From contig CANPFR010000001.1 in assembly GCA_947573445.1 (NCBI GenBank), positions 154,063 to 186,062 of the forward strand: a DNA stretch of 32,000 nt, written 5' to 3'. The position numbers and the translations under genes were made by a program. This DNA is from an uncultured Clostridia bacterium. GTDB taxonomy: Bacteria > Bacillota > Clostridia > TANB77 > CAG-508. Under the pieces are notes generated by a model, which worked only from the letters and a program-made list of their open reading frames with translations, was not told where the DNA came from and made no database searches. This document shows, piece by piece, positions 1 to 7,496 of this stretch (position 1 is the stretch's first letter; each line of letters starts with the position of its first letter).

Positions 1-3
1 CTC

Positions 4-267
4 CTACTCAAAATAAATTTCATCTTCTAACTTATAGCCAACTCCGCTTACAGTCTTTATCTTCACTTGATATCTTGTATCCTCAAGGAATCTCTGTTTT
101 AATCTTCTCAACTCATTCATTGACATACCTAGCTCTTTCAAAATATCTTCATATTTCGCTATATTATTATTCGACAAACAAATCAGCAGTCTATCTTCTC
201 TATAACTTAGTTTTACTTTTTCATACACTCCAATTTGCAATATCTTATTCTTCGTATCATATGTCAT
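4..267 (-). CDS. Small winged-helix DNA-binding protein (OmpR/PhoB C-terminal-like)
   Basis: 87-aa ORF. The C-terminal KTVSGVGYKLEDE resembles the recognition wing of trans_reg_C domains. Its start overlaps the stop of the upstream small ORF (ATGA). Confidence 0.5.
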   Translation of the reverse strand: MTYDTKNKILQIGVYEKVKLSYREDRLLICLSNNNIAKYEDILKELGMSMNELRRLKQRFLEDTRYQVKIKTVSGVGYKLEDEIYFE

Positions 268-395
268 AACCTCATCTGTTCTCCTTCCAGCTTAGTCTCT
301 TCTCGATACACCTCACACATCTGTTTTAATTCATCTATATTATCCTCTGCCAATCCTATGCATCCAAAACAGCGACCGCTTATCAAACACTTCAC
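264..395 (-). CDS. Small Cys-containing phage protein (43 aa from GTG); start and frame uncertain
   Basis: Sequence VKCLISGRCFGCIGLAEDNIDELKQM.... The stop overlaps the ATG of ORF 4..267. A better SD plus ATG lies at 408 in another frame, and losing one A from the A4 tract at 397-400 would join the two frames. Confidence 0.3.
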   Translation of the reverse strand: MKCLISGRCFGCIGLAEDNIDELKQMCEVYREETKLEGEQMRL

Positions 396-418
396 ATTTT
401 CCTTTCATATTCTGTCTC

Positions 419-748
419 CTAATCTAGCATTGGAACATGATTCATATTCTCTAGCTCCATTTTCTCTTGCTCTGTCGTCTTTCTATAAACCGCCACCTGC
501 TTATGTGTTAAATAATCTTCTCGCATCTCACACTCAATCAATTCATGATATTTCACCAGCTCTGTCAACCTCGGCCTCACATGATTCATATCAAAATACT
601 TCGAATAACCCATTCGATTCATCTCTGTTTCAATCTCTCTAGCTGTCATTTCTCTATCATCAATTATTTCTAGTATCTGCCTATACCTTGTTATTCTTTT
701 CGGTTTCATATCCTCAAAACTCAATTGTCTTGTTTCTTTTGTTATCAT
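419..748 (-). CDS. Phage winged-helix-like hypothetical protein
   Basis: 109-aa ORF. The region RQILEIIDDREMTAREIETEMNRMGY...RPRLTELV has a wHTH-like pattern. It sits in the co-directional early operon. Confidence 0.45.
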   Translation of the reverse strand: MITKETRQLSFEDMKPKRITRYRQILEIIDDREMTAREIETEMNRMGYSKYFDMNHVRPRLTELVKYHELIECEMREDYLTHKQVAVYRKTTEQEKMELENMNHVPMLD

Positions 749-760
749 AAATATTTCCTC

Positions 761-1306
761 CTATTTACCTAATAACCCACTCACATCTTGTCCCACATTT
801 AAAGCCATTTCTCTTATTCTCTTTGCCTCTGGCAACATCTGTTTTTTCTCCCTCATCCTCTTCTGTATCATCTCTATCTGCTTAAAAAACTGTCCCTTCA
901 CAACCGTATTATTTATCTCAGCATCATTTTGCGATAACTCTTTCAACTGTCTCGGATTTTTTATAAATAATTTACACTCCTCTGGCAATCTCTCAAACTC
1001 CTCAACTGAATGATACGCACTATTGCTAATTGCTTTTTTCAAACTCGCCCACAAATCAGTTGGCAATGTTTCTTGATTCGTTAATTCATACATTTTTTGT
1101 TTTATATCAGCTATAGCTGGTGGAAATTTTAATGTCTGTATCAATTCCTTAGCTGCAACTTTTACAACATTCACATCATCATTTGCAAACATTTCACTCC
1201 ACAAATCAATTGTGTTATACATTTCATCCTTTTTCATGTCTTTGTAAAAATTCGGATAACTCGTTTTTAATATGCCTAATATAATTACTGTATCGTCCCT
1301 TGTCAT
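761..1306 (-). CDS. Helicase loader/inhibitor, phage SPP1 G39P-like
   Basis: The N-terminus ILGILKTSYPNFYKD...WSEMFANDD...LKFPPAIADIKQKM matches the hallmark pattern of the loader-and-inhibitor-of-G40P family. It lies next to the replisome organizer. Confidence 0.6.
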   Translation of the reverse strand: MTRDDTVIILGILKTSYPNFYKDMKKDEMYNTIDLWSEMFANDDVNVVKVAAKELIQTLKFPPAIADIKQKMYELTNQETLPTDLWASLKKAISNSAYHSVEEFERLPEECKLFIKNPRQLKELSQNDAEINNTVVKGQFFKQIEMIQKRMREKKQMLPEAKRIREMALNVGQDVSGLLGK

Positions 1307-1710
1307 TGCATTTTTCCCTCCTCTCTCAATAATTCAAAAAATGGATTTCCACTGCTCTCATCACAACCTTCACTATACTTTCCTTCTAGCACATTCGTTG
1401 CTTTATCTGTTCTCATCAAAAAATCGAAATCAGCCTTCCACTTCCTATCATTCTTTCCTACCAAAAACTCACTACTATTCGCCTTCTTACATATTTCTTC
1501 AAACTGCTCAACAGAAAACTCCTTTAAGAAATTATCAATAGCCTTTTTTCTTTTATCCGTCAACTTTTGAACTTGAGAAAGATTTGTGCAATAAAGATTA
1601 TAAATTTCAACTATTCTCTTCCTCTTCTCTTCTACTTCTTTTCTATTCTCTTCTTTTCCTTTTCTTTTAGGTGGTACCACTACCGTAGTATTACCGTAAT
1701 AGTTCCACAC
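1303..1710 (-). CDS. Replisome-organizer C-terminal part (phage conserved C-terminus, TIGR02220-like)
   Basis: Sequence LTDKRKKAIDNFLKEF...EFLVGKNDRKWKADFDFLMRTDKATNVLEGKY. It starts at GTG with no SD and overlaps the upstream ORF by 31 nt in another frame. Confidence 0.55.
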   Translation of the reverse strand: MWNYYGNTTVVVPPKRKGKEENRKEVEEKRKRIVEIYNLYCTNLSQVQKLTDKRKKAIDNFLKEFSVEQFEEICKKANSSEFLVGKNDRKWKADFDFLMRTDKATNVLEGKYSEGCDESSGNPFFELLREEGKMQ

Positions 1711-2048
1711 CGTTCATCATCAATATGCGGAAATGTTGATTTTGTAGGTTTATTTATTGTTTGATGTTTTAGGAAATTAGGGAGATTGTAGTAGGTCTGA
1801 CCATTATACTTAAACAAAACTACTATATCTAATCCGCCTAATCGGGAAAGCCATTTCTCTAAATCGGAAGTTCGTAAGTCGTCATATGGAAATATCAAAG
1901 ACTTTAACAACTTCGGATTCGCTCTGCCATATCCTTCATCATCACTATTACTAATTAAACCCATAAATAGCAATCTTTCTTGAATAGAACATTCACCCAA
2001 CTTCTCATCTGTCCAAAAATTTGGGTCTATCATTCGTTTTCTCGCCAC
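1680..2048 (-). CDS. Replication/replisome-organizer N-terminal part
   Basis: MARKRMIDPNFWTDEKLGECSIQERLLFMGLISNSDDEGYGR is a common N-terminal pattern of phage replication proteins. It is probably one gene with 1303..1710, broken or shifted. Confidence 0.55.
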   Translation of the reverse strand: MARKRMIDPNFWTDEKLGECSIQERLLFMGLISNSDDEGYGRANPKLLKSLIFPYDDLRTSDLEKWLSRLGGLDIVVLFKYNGQTYYNLPNFLKHQTINKPTKSTFPHIDDERCGTITVILR

Positions 2049-2067
2049 ATTTCTATATCTCCTTTCT

Positions 2068-2454
2068 CTAGTATTTCTTATAAATCAATTTTTCTATATT
2101 CCAACTTGTCCCATAAATACTTTTTAAGTACTTTTTTGCCATTCTATCGTATTCTTTTGTATTTAACCCATTATCCTGTTCTCTATGGCAATTCTCACAA
2201 GCAGTAAAAATATTTTCTGGTATTCCAAGTCCTCCTGCACTCCTCGGTATAAAATGACAACATGCACATTCTACAGGAACTTGCTTGTAACAAAATATAC
2301 ATTGATGTTTATCTCTTTTCCAAACTTTCTCCTTGACCTTTTTTGGTATTTCTGTTGCTTTAGTTTGTTTATGTTTTTTACCTTTTATTTTAGTAGATAC
2401 TTTCGGATAAGGATTAAAACTATTACTTAAATCTGTCACCACTTTAAATTTCAT
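2068..2454 (-). CDS. HNH endonuclease
   Basis: Motif region CIFCYKQ...CCHFIPRSAGGLGIPENIFTACENCHREQDNG (HNH/Cys box). The start was moved to ATG 2454, which has a GGAGG SD 9 nt upstream. Confidence 0.8.
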   Translation of the reverse strand: MKFKVVTDLSNSFNPYPKVSTKIKGKKHKQTKATEIPKKVKEKVWKRDKHQCIFCYKQVPVECACCHFIPRSAGGLGIPENIFTACENCHREQDNGLNTKEYDRMAKKYLKSIYGTSWNIEKLIYKKY

Positions 2455-2908
2455 ATCGTATTGCCTCCATCTTCTTCTTAAGAGCATTTTGTTTACTATC
2501 TATACTTTCATATGCTTTCTTAAATCTAAATAATCTAGCACCTAATTCTGCCAGCTTTTCATTACTTTCTTTTACATATTCTTTTGCTATAGCCTCAAAA
2601 TAACTCATTGCTGGTGCTTTTTCCTCATGTGTTTCCTGCCATTCTTTTCTACTACTATAAATTTGCTTACTTTCCGCTATACTAATCTCTGTTTTCAAAT
2701 CATCATACTCTTGCTGTATCCTTGCAATCATTTCTCCAATCAAATAATTCATATTTGCATATATTTCTATATTCTTCGAAATCTCAAAGCCAGAATCAGC
2801 ATTTTCTTTTATTTCTTTTTGCAAACTACTGTATGTATCAGCTATTTTTTTACTATCTGCATTTTGAATCGTAAAAGGATTAAACATATACAACTTTTCA
2901 AATTCCAT
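2444..2908 (-). CDS. Phage hypothetical protein, coiled-coil
   Basis: Long ORF in the early operon. GGAGGG lies 6 nt upstream of ATG 2908. Confidence 0.6.
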   Translation of the reverse strand: MEFEKLYMFNPFTIQNADSKKIADTYSSLQKEIKENADSGFEISKNIEIYANMNYLIGEMIARIQQEYDDLKTEISIAESKQIYSSRKEWQETHEEKAPAMSYFEAIAKEYVKESNEKLAELGARLFRFKKAYESIDSKQNALKKKMEAIRYEI

Positions 2909-2919
2909 ATACATCCCTC

Positions 2920-3603
2920 CTACTTATTCAAACTCAAATTATTTACAACATTCATATAATCCTTTTCCTTAATCTCTGCTATCTCCTTATACTCATAATT
3001 CGAAAGAATCAATCCAACCAACTCATCTGTCATCTTATACTTCTTAATAGCCTTCTTTAAAGCATCCACTTTCGTTTGACTAATCACCTCATTCGCAATA
3101 TCCTTCTCCTCTTTCTCCTTCGAACTATCCTCTGCCTCACTATCGCTCATAATCCCCACATACGCCAACTTACTCAACTTCAGCACAACCCTATCAAAAC
3201 ATCTTTTCAATGCCATTGCATATGGATACTCATTCTTACAATTCCTTTCACTAACCTCGCCAACCTCCAATATTCCTTGTTCCTTATCACAATACTTAAA
3301 AACCAATTCATTCTTATAACCATTCTCAATTATCTCAACTGCCTCTGCCTTAAACTTATCTTCCAGACTATCATTTATCTTTAAACATCCATTATGGCTT
3401 AAAATTAAACTCGTATACATCATCTCCCCATCTTTCGTTTCATTCTTCAATATCCAAAAATCAGCCTCACACAATCCATACTGCTTATCCTTTATCAACT
3501 CAATCGCCTTCCTCTTTGCCTCTTTATACTTATTCGACAAAACAACTTGTACCTCTTTTTGTTGCTTAACTGACCACTCCTTCTGTTTCTCTTCAAACTC
3601 CAT
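2920..3603 (-). CDS. Phage hypothetical protein (possible recombination/ssDNA-associated function; unassigned)
   Basis: 227-aa ORF between small early genes and the HNH/replication genes. Segment EYPYAMALKRCFDRVVLKL. No motif I can assign firmly. Confidence 0.5.
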   Translation of the reverse strand: MEFEEKQKEWSVKQQKEVQVVLSNKYKEAKRKAIELIKDKQYGLCEADFWILKNETKDGEMMYTSLILSHNGCLKINDSLEDKFKAEAVEIIENGYKNELVFKYCDKEQGILEVGEVSERNCKNEYPYAMALKRCFDRVVLKLSKLAYVGIMSDSEAEDSSKEKEEKDIANEVISQTKVDALKKAIKKYKMTDELVGLILSNYEYKEIAEIKEKDYMNVVNNLSLNK

Positions 3604-3606
3604 CCT

Positions 3607-3867
3607 CTAAACCTCCCTTCCTTCTAAAACATCTCTATGAAATCCCTTATCAAAAAAATAATCATATGCAGACTCCTCTCCATCATCCCTTACATCCTCT
3701 TCAAAATAAACCTCCATCAATACACTCATCATCTCCGCCTGCATCTCCAACTGTTCACTATTCAACGTATCATCAAACTCAAACCCAATCAGTCTCATCA
3801 AATAATCAATCGCCTCTTCCTCACACTCAAATTCTTCATTCGTTCCATTCAATCTATACACTTTCAT
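3607..3867 (-). CDS. Small acidic phage protein
   Basis: ORF with a GGGAGAAGG SD before ATG 3867. Acidic composition. Confidence 0.5.
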   Translation of the reverse strand: MKVYRLNGTNEEFECEEEAIDYLMRLIGFEFDDTLNSEQLEMQAEMMSVLMEVYFEEDVRDDGEESAYDYFFDKGFHRDVLEGREV

Positions 3868-4132
3868 AAACCTTCTCCCTTTCCTCATATTCTTCGCATA
3901 TATCTAGATTCTCTTCCTCGCAAAATCTCATCTCTTCAATCATCTCATCTTGAATCAGACTCAACTCTTCCATATGTCTTCTCATATATCTGCAATCCAT
4001 ATCCCCCATTTCACGTTTCAAATCATCTAGCCTATTACATGCATCATCTAAACTATTTATATTACTTATATTTTCCTTATATTTCTTTCTAGCTTGTAAT
4101 TCTTTTTGTTTTTTAAATATTTGTATTAGCAT
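3854..4132 (-). CDS. Small phage protein
   Basis: ORF with a GGGAGGAAAA SD before ATG 4132. It overlaps the neighbouring ORFs at both ends. Confidence 0.5.
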   Translation of the reverse strand: MLIQIFKKQKELQARKKYKENISNINSLDDACNRLDDLKREMGDMDCRYMRRHMEELSLIQDEMIEEMRFCEEENLDICEEYEEREKVYESV

Positions 4133-4476
4133 TTTTCCTCCCATCTTGACTTCTTCAAATCTTCTGTAAGTTCGTATTTTTCTATATATTCTTTGGCAGG
4201 TTCAATATGCTCTGACCTAAAATCCTCTATTCTCCTGACCCTTAAATCCCATTTCAAATCACTCATAATTTGTCTTTCTGCTCGTTGTAATGTATCTTTC
4301 TTTTGCCAGTCAAGCAAATAATCAGGCGTACTAACCTCTTGTCGTACTTTCTCAATTATCATTTCTCGAATCGCATTATATGCACTTGCATGACCTGCAT
4401 TTTTTCTATTTAATAACGTTTCTAACGTTTTTATTCTTTCTTTTAATTTTTTATTTTCTTCTAATATTTCTTCCAT
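4126..4476 (-). CDS. Small phage protein, coiled-coil
   Basis: ORF with a GTGAGGT SD before ATG 4476. Confidence 0.5.
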   Translation of the reverse strand: MEEILEENKKLKERIKTLETLLNRKNAGHASAYNAIREMIIEKVRQEVSTPDYLLDWQKKDTLQRAERQIMSDLKWDLRVRRIEDFRSEHIEPAKEYIEKYELTEDLKKSRWEEKC

Positions 4477-4638
4477 AAAAAATAACCTCACTTTCAAATA
4501 TTTCTAAAAAACTACTTGAAAATAAGGCTATTATTTGATACACTATTAATAGACTATTTTCATAAATAGTTTTTTGGACTATTTAAAACTGTCAAGTTTA
4601 CCAGACCAGTGCAGTTTTAAATAGTTTCTTATTTTATA

Positions 4639-4809
4639 TTATTTACTTAATTCAATCTTTTTTGTCTCTTCGTTATAAATTGCTTTTATTTCTAAATCCT
4701 TGTCGCTTACTCCCATATCTCTGAGCCATCCTATTGGAATTAGAACTCTTGGAGATATAGAGCCACTACCACTTTTATTCCATAATACTTTCAATATTCT
4801 TTCCTCCAT
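4639..4809 (-). CDS. AbrB/SpoVT-like small DNA-binding protein
   Basis: MEERILKVLWNKSGSGSISPRVLIPIGWLRDMGVSDKDLEIKAIY... resembles a looped-hinge-helix fold pattern. AGGGGAGGAA SD before ATG 4809. Confidence 0.45.
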   Translation of the reverse strand: MEERILKVLWNKSGSGSISPRVLIPIGWLRDMGVSDKDLEIKAIYNEETKKIELSK

Positions 4810-4832
4810 TTTAAAGTTCCTCCCCTCTAATC

Positions 4833-4862
4833 TTGACAAATCGTACGTTTATAATGTATAAT
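4833..4862 (+). promoter_or_regulatory. Near-consensus sigma-A promoter driving an antisense RNA
   Basis: TTGACA (4833-4838), an 18-nt spacer, then TATAAT (4857-4862). No plus-strand ORF lies downstream. Confidence 0.6.
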
Positions 4863-4868
4863 TGATTA

Positions 4869-5000
4869 GAGGGGAAAGGGGATTTAATCTCCCCTATCTT
4901 CTAAGCCTTCGTAGATTAACCTGTGTTGTTCTTCAACATGTCGTTGTCTACGTAAACGCTTTTGTTGGTCTTGGTAGGATACAAAAGCGTTTTTTATTTT
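4869..5000 (+). ncRNA. Candidate antisense sRNA (~130 nt) covering the 47-aa ORF
   Basis: Bounded by the 4833 promoter and an intrinsic terminator. The terminator has a 12-bp stem (4954-4965 paired with 4981-4992) followed by TTTATTTT. Confidence 0.5.
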
Positions 5001-5027
5001 GCTTAGAAGTGATTTTCTCTTTTTCAT
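4884..5027 (-). CDS. 47-aa highly basic small protein
   Basis: Sequence MKKRKSLLSKIKNAFVSYQDQQKRLRRQRHVEEQHRLIYEGLEDRGD. GGGAGGTGA SD, own promoter at 5055-5083. Below the ORF-track length cutoff. Confidence 0.45.
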   Translation of the reverse strand: MKKRKSLLSKIKNAFVSYQDQQKRLRRQRHVEEQHRLIYEGLEDRGD

Positions 5028-5054
5028 AAATCATCACCTCCCTTCGTTGTCATT

Positions 5055-5083
5055 ATATTATCATGACGTACGGTATTTGTCAA
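5055..5083 (-). promoter_or_regulatory. Sigma-A promoter for the basic ORF and AbrB-like gene
   Basis: TTGACA (5083-5078), 17-nt spacer, TAATAT (5060-5055). The -35 region CTTGACAAATACCGTACG is an inverted near-copy of CTTGACAAATCGTACG at 4832. Confidence 0.6.
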
Positions 5084-5171
5084 GCATTTTTTCAAATATT
5101 TTTTAAATTTTTCTATGTATTGAAAATACTGCATTTCATCCGATAAACTTATTCAATTTTCAATGTACTAT

Positions 5172-5200
5172 TTGACTTCTTACTCTACTCATGATAGAAT
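5172..5200 (+). promoter_or_regulatory. Sigma-A promoter with extended -10, antisense to the 80-aa membrane protein gene
   Basis: TTGACT (5172-5177), 17-nt spacer, TAGAAT (5195-5200), with TG at 5192-5193. Confidence 0.55.
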
Positions 5201-5206
5201 AAACAA

Positions 5207-5272
5207 GTCAGATATTTTTATCATAAACCCTATACGATATTAGAAAGTGTGGTGTTTTCTAATATCGTTTTT
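5207..5272 (+). ncRNA. Candidate short antisense sRNA (~65 nt) overlapping the 3' end of ORF 5230..5472
   Basis: The promoter at 5172 is followed by a perfect 13-bp hairpin (5234-5246 paired with 5256-5268) and TTTTAATTT. No ORF. Confidence 0.45.
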
Positions 5273-5472
5273 AATTTATTCTGTATATTCTTCGCACTAT
5301 TTAACTGTGACTTCTTTATTATATCTTCTTCAATCTCTCTAAAAGCTTGTCTACACTCTTCTATCTCTTCTTTAAGTTCCATCACTTCTTCATCAGCCCA
5401 CTCAAACTTAAAATAATAAAACACTGCCACACATAACGTTACAAACCATAAAAACATCAACATTAACAACAT
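5230..5472 (-). CDS. Small membrane-anchored protein (N-terminal TM helix plus acidic coiled coil)
   Basis: MLLMLMFLWFVTLCVAVFYYF is followed by a charged helix. GAGGAGGAAAAG SD. Confidence 0.55.
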   Translation of the reverse strand: MLLMLMFLWFVTLCVAVFYYFKFEWADEEVMELKEEIEECRQAFREIEEDIIKKSQLNSAKNIQNKLKTILENTTLSNIV

Positions 5473-5631
5473 TTCTTTTCCTCCTCTTCTTCTGTTATCT
5501 CCCTCAAATAATTATCTAAAATTTTTGACTTATTCTCATAATACTGTTCTACTGTAATTACTCCATCATCAAAAAACTCAACTAACCTCTTTACATCTCT
5601 CAATATTTTCTTTTCTCTTTCGATTAACATC
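5463..5631 (-). pseudogene. SHOCT-like small protein interrupted by a 1-nt frameshift
   Basis: ATG 5631 with an AAGGAGGG SD gives MLIEREKKILRDVKRLV then a stop. The +1 frame continues EFFDDGVITVEQYYENKSKILDNYL.... The SHOCT-like motif spans the break near 5578-5584. Confidence 0.45.
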
Positions 5632-5658
5632 TTTTTCCCTCCTTACTAAATAACCTTT

Positions 5659-5769
5659 CTAAATTCCATACACAAACATAACTGCAAATATCATACTAAT
5701 TGCTATACAACTAATTACATCTGTTACGCCTTGCCAATATATCTTGTGTAATCTTCTTTTGTTTTTCAT
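5659..5769 (-). CDS. 36-aa membrane peptide
   Basis: Sequence MKNKRRLHKIYWQGVTDVISCIAISMIFAVMFVYGI with a GGAGGAAG SD. Confidence 0.35.
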   Translation of the reverse strand: MKNKRRLHKIYWQGVTDVISCIAISMIFAVMFVYGI

Positions 5770-5770
5770 T

Positions 5771-6034
5771 TTACTTCCTCCTTTCCAATAAAATGTTTTG
5801 AAAAAGTTTTATTGTCGTTTCTGCTTCAATTCTCTTATCGTGTTCTTCATCAAAAACTTTCCTAGGTACAGCATCGTCTTTGTAGACTTTTATTTTCCAA
5901 TAGCCCTTGTCGGTTTGTGTACCTTCTAGCACACCATTTTTTATCATTTGTACAGCCTTTTCTGGACTTATTCCAGTTTGTTTCGCATACTCATTTGCTG
6001 ACAGCCATTTATGATTCACTTGAATTTTTGGCAT
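5771..6034 (-). CDS. HTH DNA-binding protein (excisionase/MerR-like fold)
   Basis: WLSANEYAKQTGISPEKAVQMIKNGVLEG is an HTH pattern typical of excisionase-family proteins. Confidence 0.45.
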   Translation of the reverse strand: MPKIQVNHKWLSANEYAKQTGISPEKAVQMIKNGVLEGTQTDKGYWKIKVYKDDAVPRKVFDEEHDKRIEAETTIKLFQNILLERRK

Positions 6035-6070
6035 ATTTTCCCTCCTTTCCTATTGAATTTTGTTACACTA

Positions 6071-6256
6071 CTAATCTTTAATCAGTTCTTTTATGCTTGT
6101 CTTTAATACTTTAGCTATATTTTCTAAAAGTGTTATGGAAGGCGTTCGTTGTCCATTTTCTAAATAAGATATATATTCTACTGTTACTTTTATCTGTTCT
6201 GCTAATTGTTTTTGAGTCATTCCTGCCTCTTCCCTATATTGCTTTATTAAAAACAT
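6071..6256 (-). CDS. XRE-family HTH regulator (Cro-like)
   Basis: EEAGMTQKQLAEQIKVTVEYISYLENGQRTPSITLLENIAKVL is a canonical HTH_3 pattern. Confidence 0.85.
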   Translation of the reverse strand: MFLIKQYREEAGMTQKQLAEQIKVTVEYISYLENGQRTPSITLLENIAKVLKTSIKELIKD

Positions 6257-6277
6257 TATTTCACCTCCCTGTTACAT

Positions 6278-6308
6278 GATTATAATAAACTATATGTTTA
6301 TTATAATC
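6278..6308. promoter_or_regulatory. Operator palindrome inside the Cro-like promoter
   Basis: Perfect 13-bp inverted repeat GATTATAATAAAC-tatat-GTTTATTATAATC. On the minus strand it lies within TTGATT-17-TATTAT. Confidence 0.55.
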
Positions 6309-6382
6309 AAACTTATTTTAAACAAATTGTTTAAAATTTTCTATTAAATTTCTTTCATTATCTCTTTTTTTCTTACATTTTC

Positions 6383-6430
6383 TTGATTTTTCATTTTTTT
6401 TAGTTTATAATAATATTAAACATATAGTTT
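6383..6430 (+). promoter_or_regulatory. Sigma-A promoter plus operator for XRE gene 6449..6754
   Basis: TTGATT (6383-6388), 17-nt spacer, TATAAT (6406-6411). AAACATATAGTTT (6418-6430) is the reverse complement of the core of the 6278-6308 palindrome. Confidence 0.6.
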
Positions 6431-6448
6431 ATGTTAGGAGGTTATTTT

Positions 6449-6754
6449 ATGATAGATTTAGGTAAACGTATTAAAGAATTAAGATTATCTTATAATTATA
6501 AAAACGCATATTTCGCTAATCTACTTGAAATCACTCCTGTATTTCTAAGCTATATTGAAAATGGAACTCGAAAACCTTCTTTAGGTCTATTAGAAAAAAT
6601 CTGTGATGTACTAGGCATTACATTGTCGGATTTCTTTAATACTAAAGAAGATACCATTTCTCCAGAACTCAATATTTTAATTAATAATGCAAAAAATCTT
6701 TCTCCTACCCAAATAAAGTTAGTAAATAATATTATTGATAATTTAAAAGGTTAA
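6449..6754 (+). CDS. XRE-family HTH regulator
   Basis: NAYFANLLEITPVFLSYIENGTRKPSLGLLEKICDVL is an HTH_3 pattern. TAGGAGGT SD before ATG 6449. Confidence 0.8.
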   Translation: MIDLGKRIKELRLSYNYKNAYFANLLEITPVFLSYIENGTRKPSLGLLEKICDVLGITLSDFFNTKEDTISPELNILINNAKNLSPTQIKLVNNIIDNLKG

Positions 6755-6812
6755 TCCTTGTCGAATTTTGTTATATTTTGTCGTAACTTGTTTTTATTGT
6801 ACTTATAATTTT

Positions 6813-6858
6813 TATCTTGATAAAAACGAAGTTTTTATCTTTGTCAAGAGTTTTTTTA
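6813..6858 (+). terminator. Intrinsic terminator after the XRE gene
   Basis: GATAAAAAC-gaa-GTTTTTATC hairpin (6819-6839) with a T7 run at 6851-6857. Confidence 0.5.
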
Positions 6859-6860
6859 AT

Positions 6861-7496
6861 TTATTTAATCATTTTTAAATATCTAGGAATATTCTTTTTA
6901 ACATTAACTGATTTCCCCGTTTTTGGACTATATAAAAACTTACTTCCACTCGCTTTGTCTTCACATAATTTATACGTATCAATGTTATTTTCTTCTGCCC
7001 ATGTTTCCATAATTCCCTTTCCTGTTTGACATTTTGTCATATCATCTAATGTGCACATACTATTAACTAAAAACCTATTAATTTCACTATTCATATAATC
7101 CCAAAGTAAATAATCTACGTATCCCTTAATCATTGTATCCATGCCCATCTTTTCCAATATGCTCATTGTAAAAAAATAATCCTTATATTGAAACCTATTG
7201 CCATCATATTTTTTATCAACAGGAAAAATGGTTATTAATTGACTTGGCGTTAATAATGAAATAGACACTTTTACCATTTCTGTAAGTTCGAAAAATTCTG
7301 TCAAATCTTCATAATTAAAATCTTTGCGTTCTTTATAAAGCATATTCGTCAATTTCACACCATAATAAACTATTCTTTTAAGAGCTTGTATATCTTCAGT
7401 ATTATTGTCATATTGTTCTAATGCCTTTTCGAATAATCGTATATAAATTTCTTTATAATTTATCTTTTTAGTTTTTATAAGCTTTAATTGTTGCAT
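6861..7496 (-). CDS. Phage hypothetical protein
   Basis: 211-aa ORF whose start overlaps the upstream stop. No motif recognised. Confidence 0.55.
   Translation of the reverse strand: MQQLKLIKTKKINYKEIYIRLFEKALEQYDNNTEDIQALKRIVYYGVKLTNMLYKERKDFNYEDLTEFFELTEMVKVSISLLTPSQLITIFPVDKKYDGNRFQYKDYFFTMSILEKMGMDTMIKGYVDYLLWDYMNSEINRFLVNSMCTLDDMTKCQTGKGIMETWAEENNIDTYKLCEDKASGSKFLYSPKTGKSVNVKKNIPRYLKMIK

Noticed and set aside
75-4092. Plus-strand ORFs in the ORF track (75..269, 235..642, 1272..1541, 1567..1764, 1980..2207, 2185..2430, 2627..2959, 3076..3384, 3637..4092, 3666..3869)
   Set aside because: All are antisense to well-supported minus-strand phage genes. They lack SD sequences and translate to low-complexity S/L/F/I/H-rich strings typical of shadow ORFs in AT-rich DNA.
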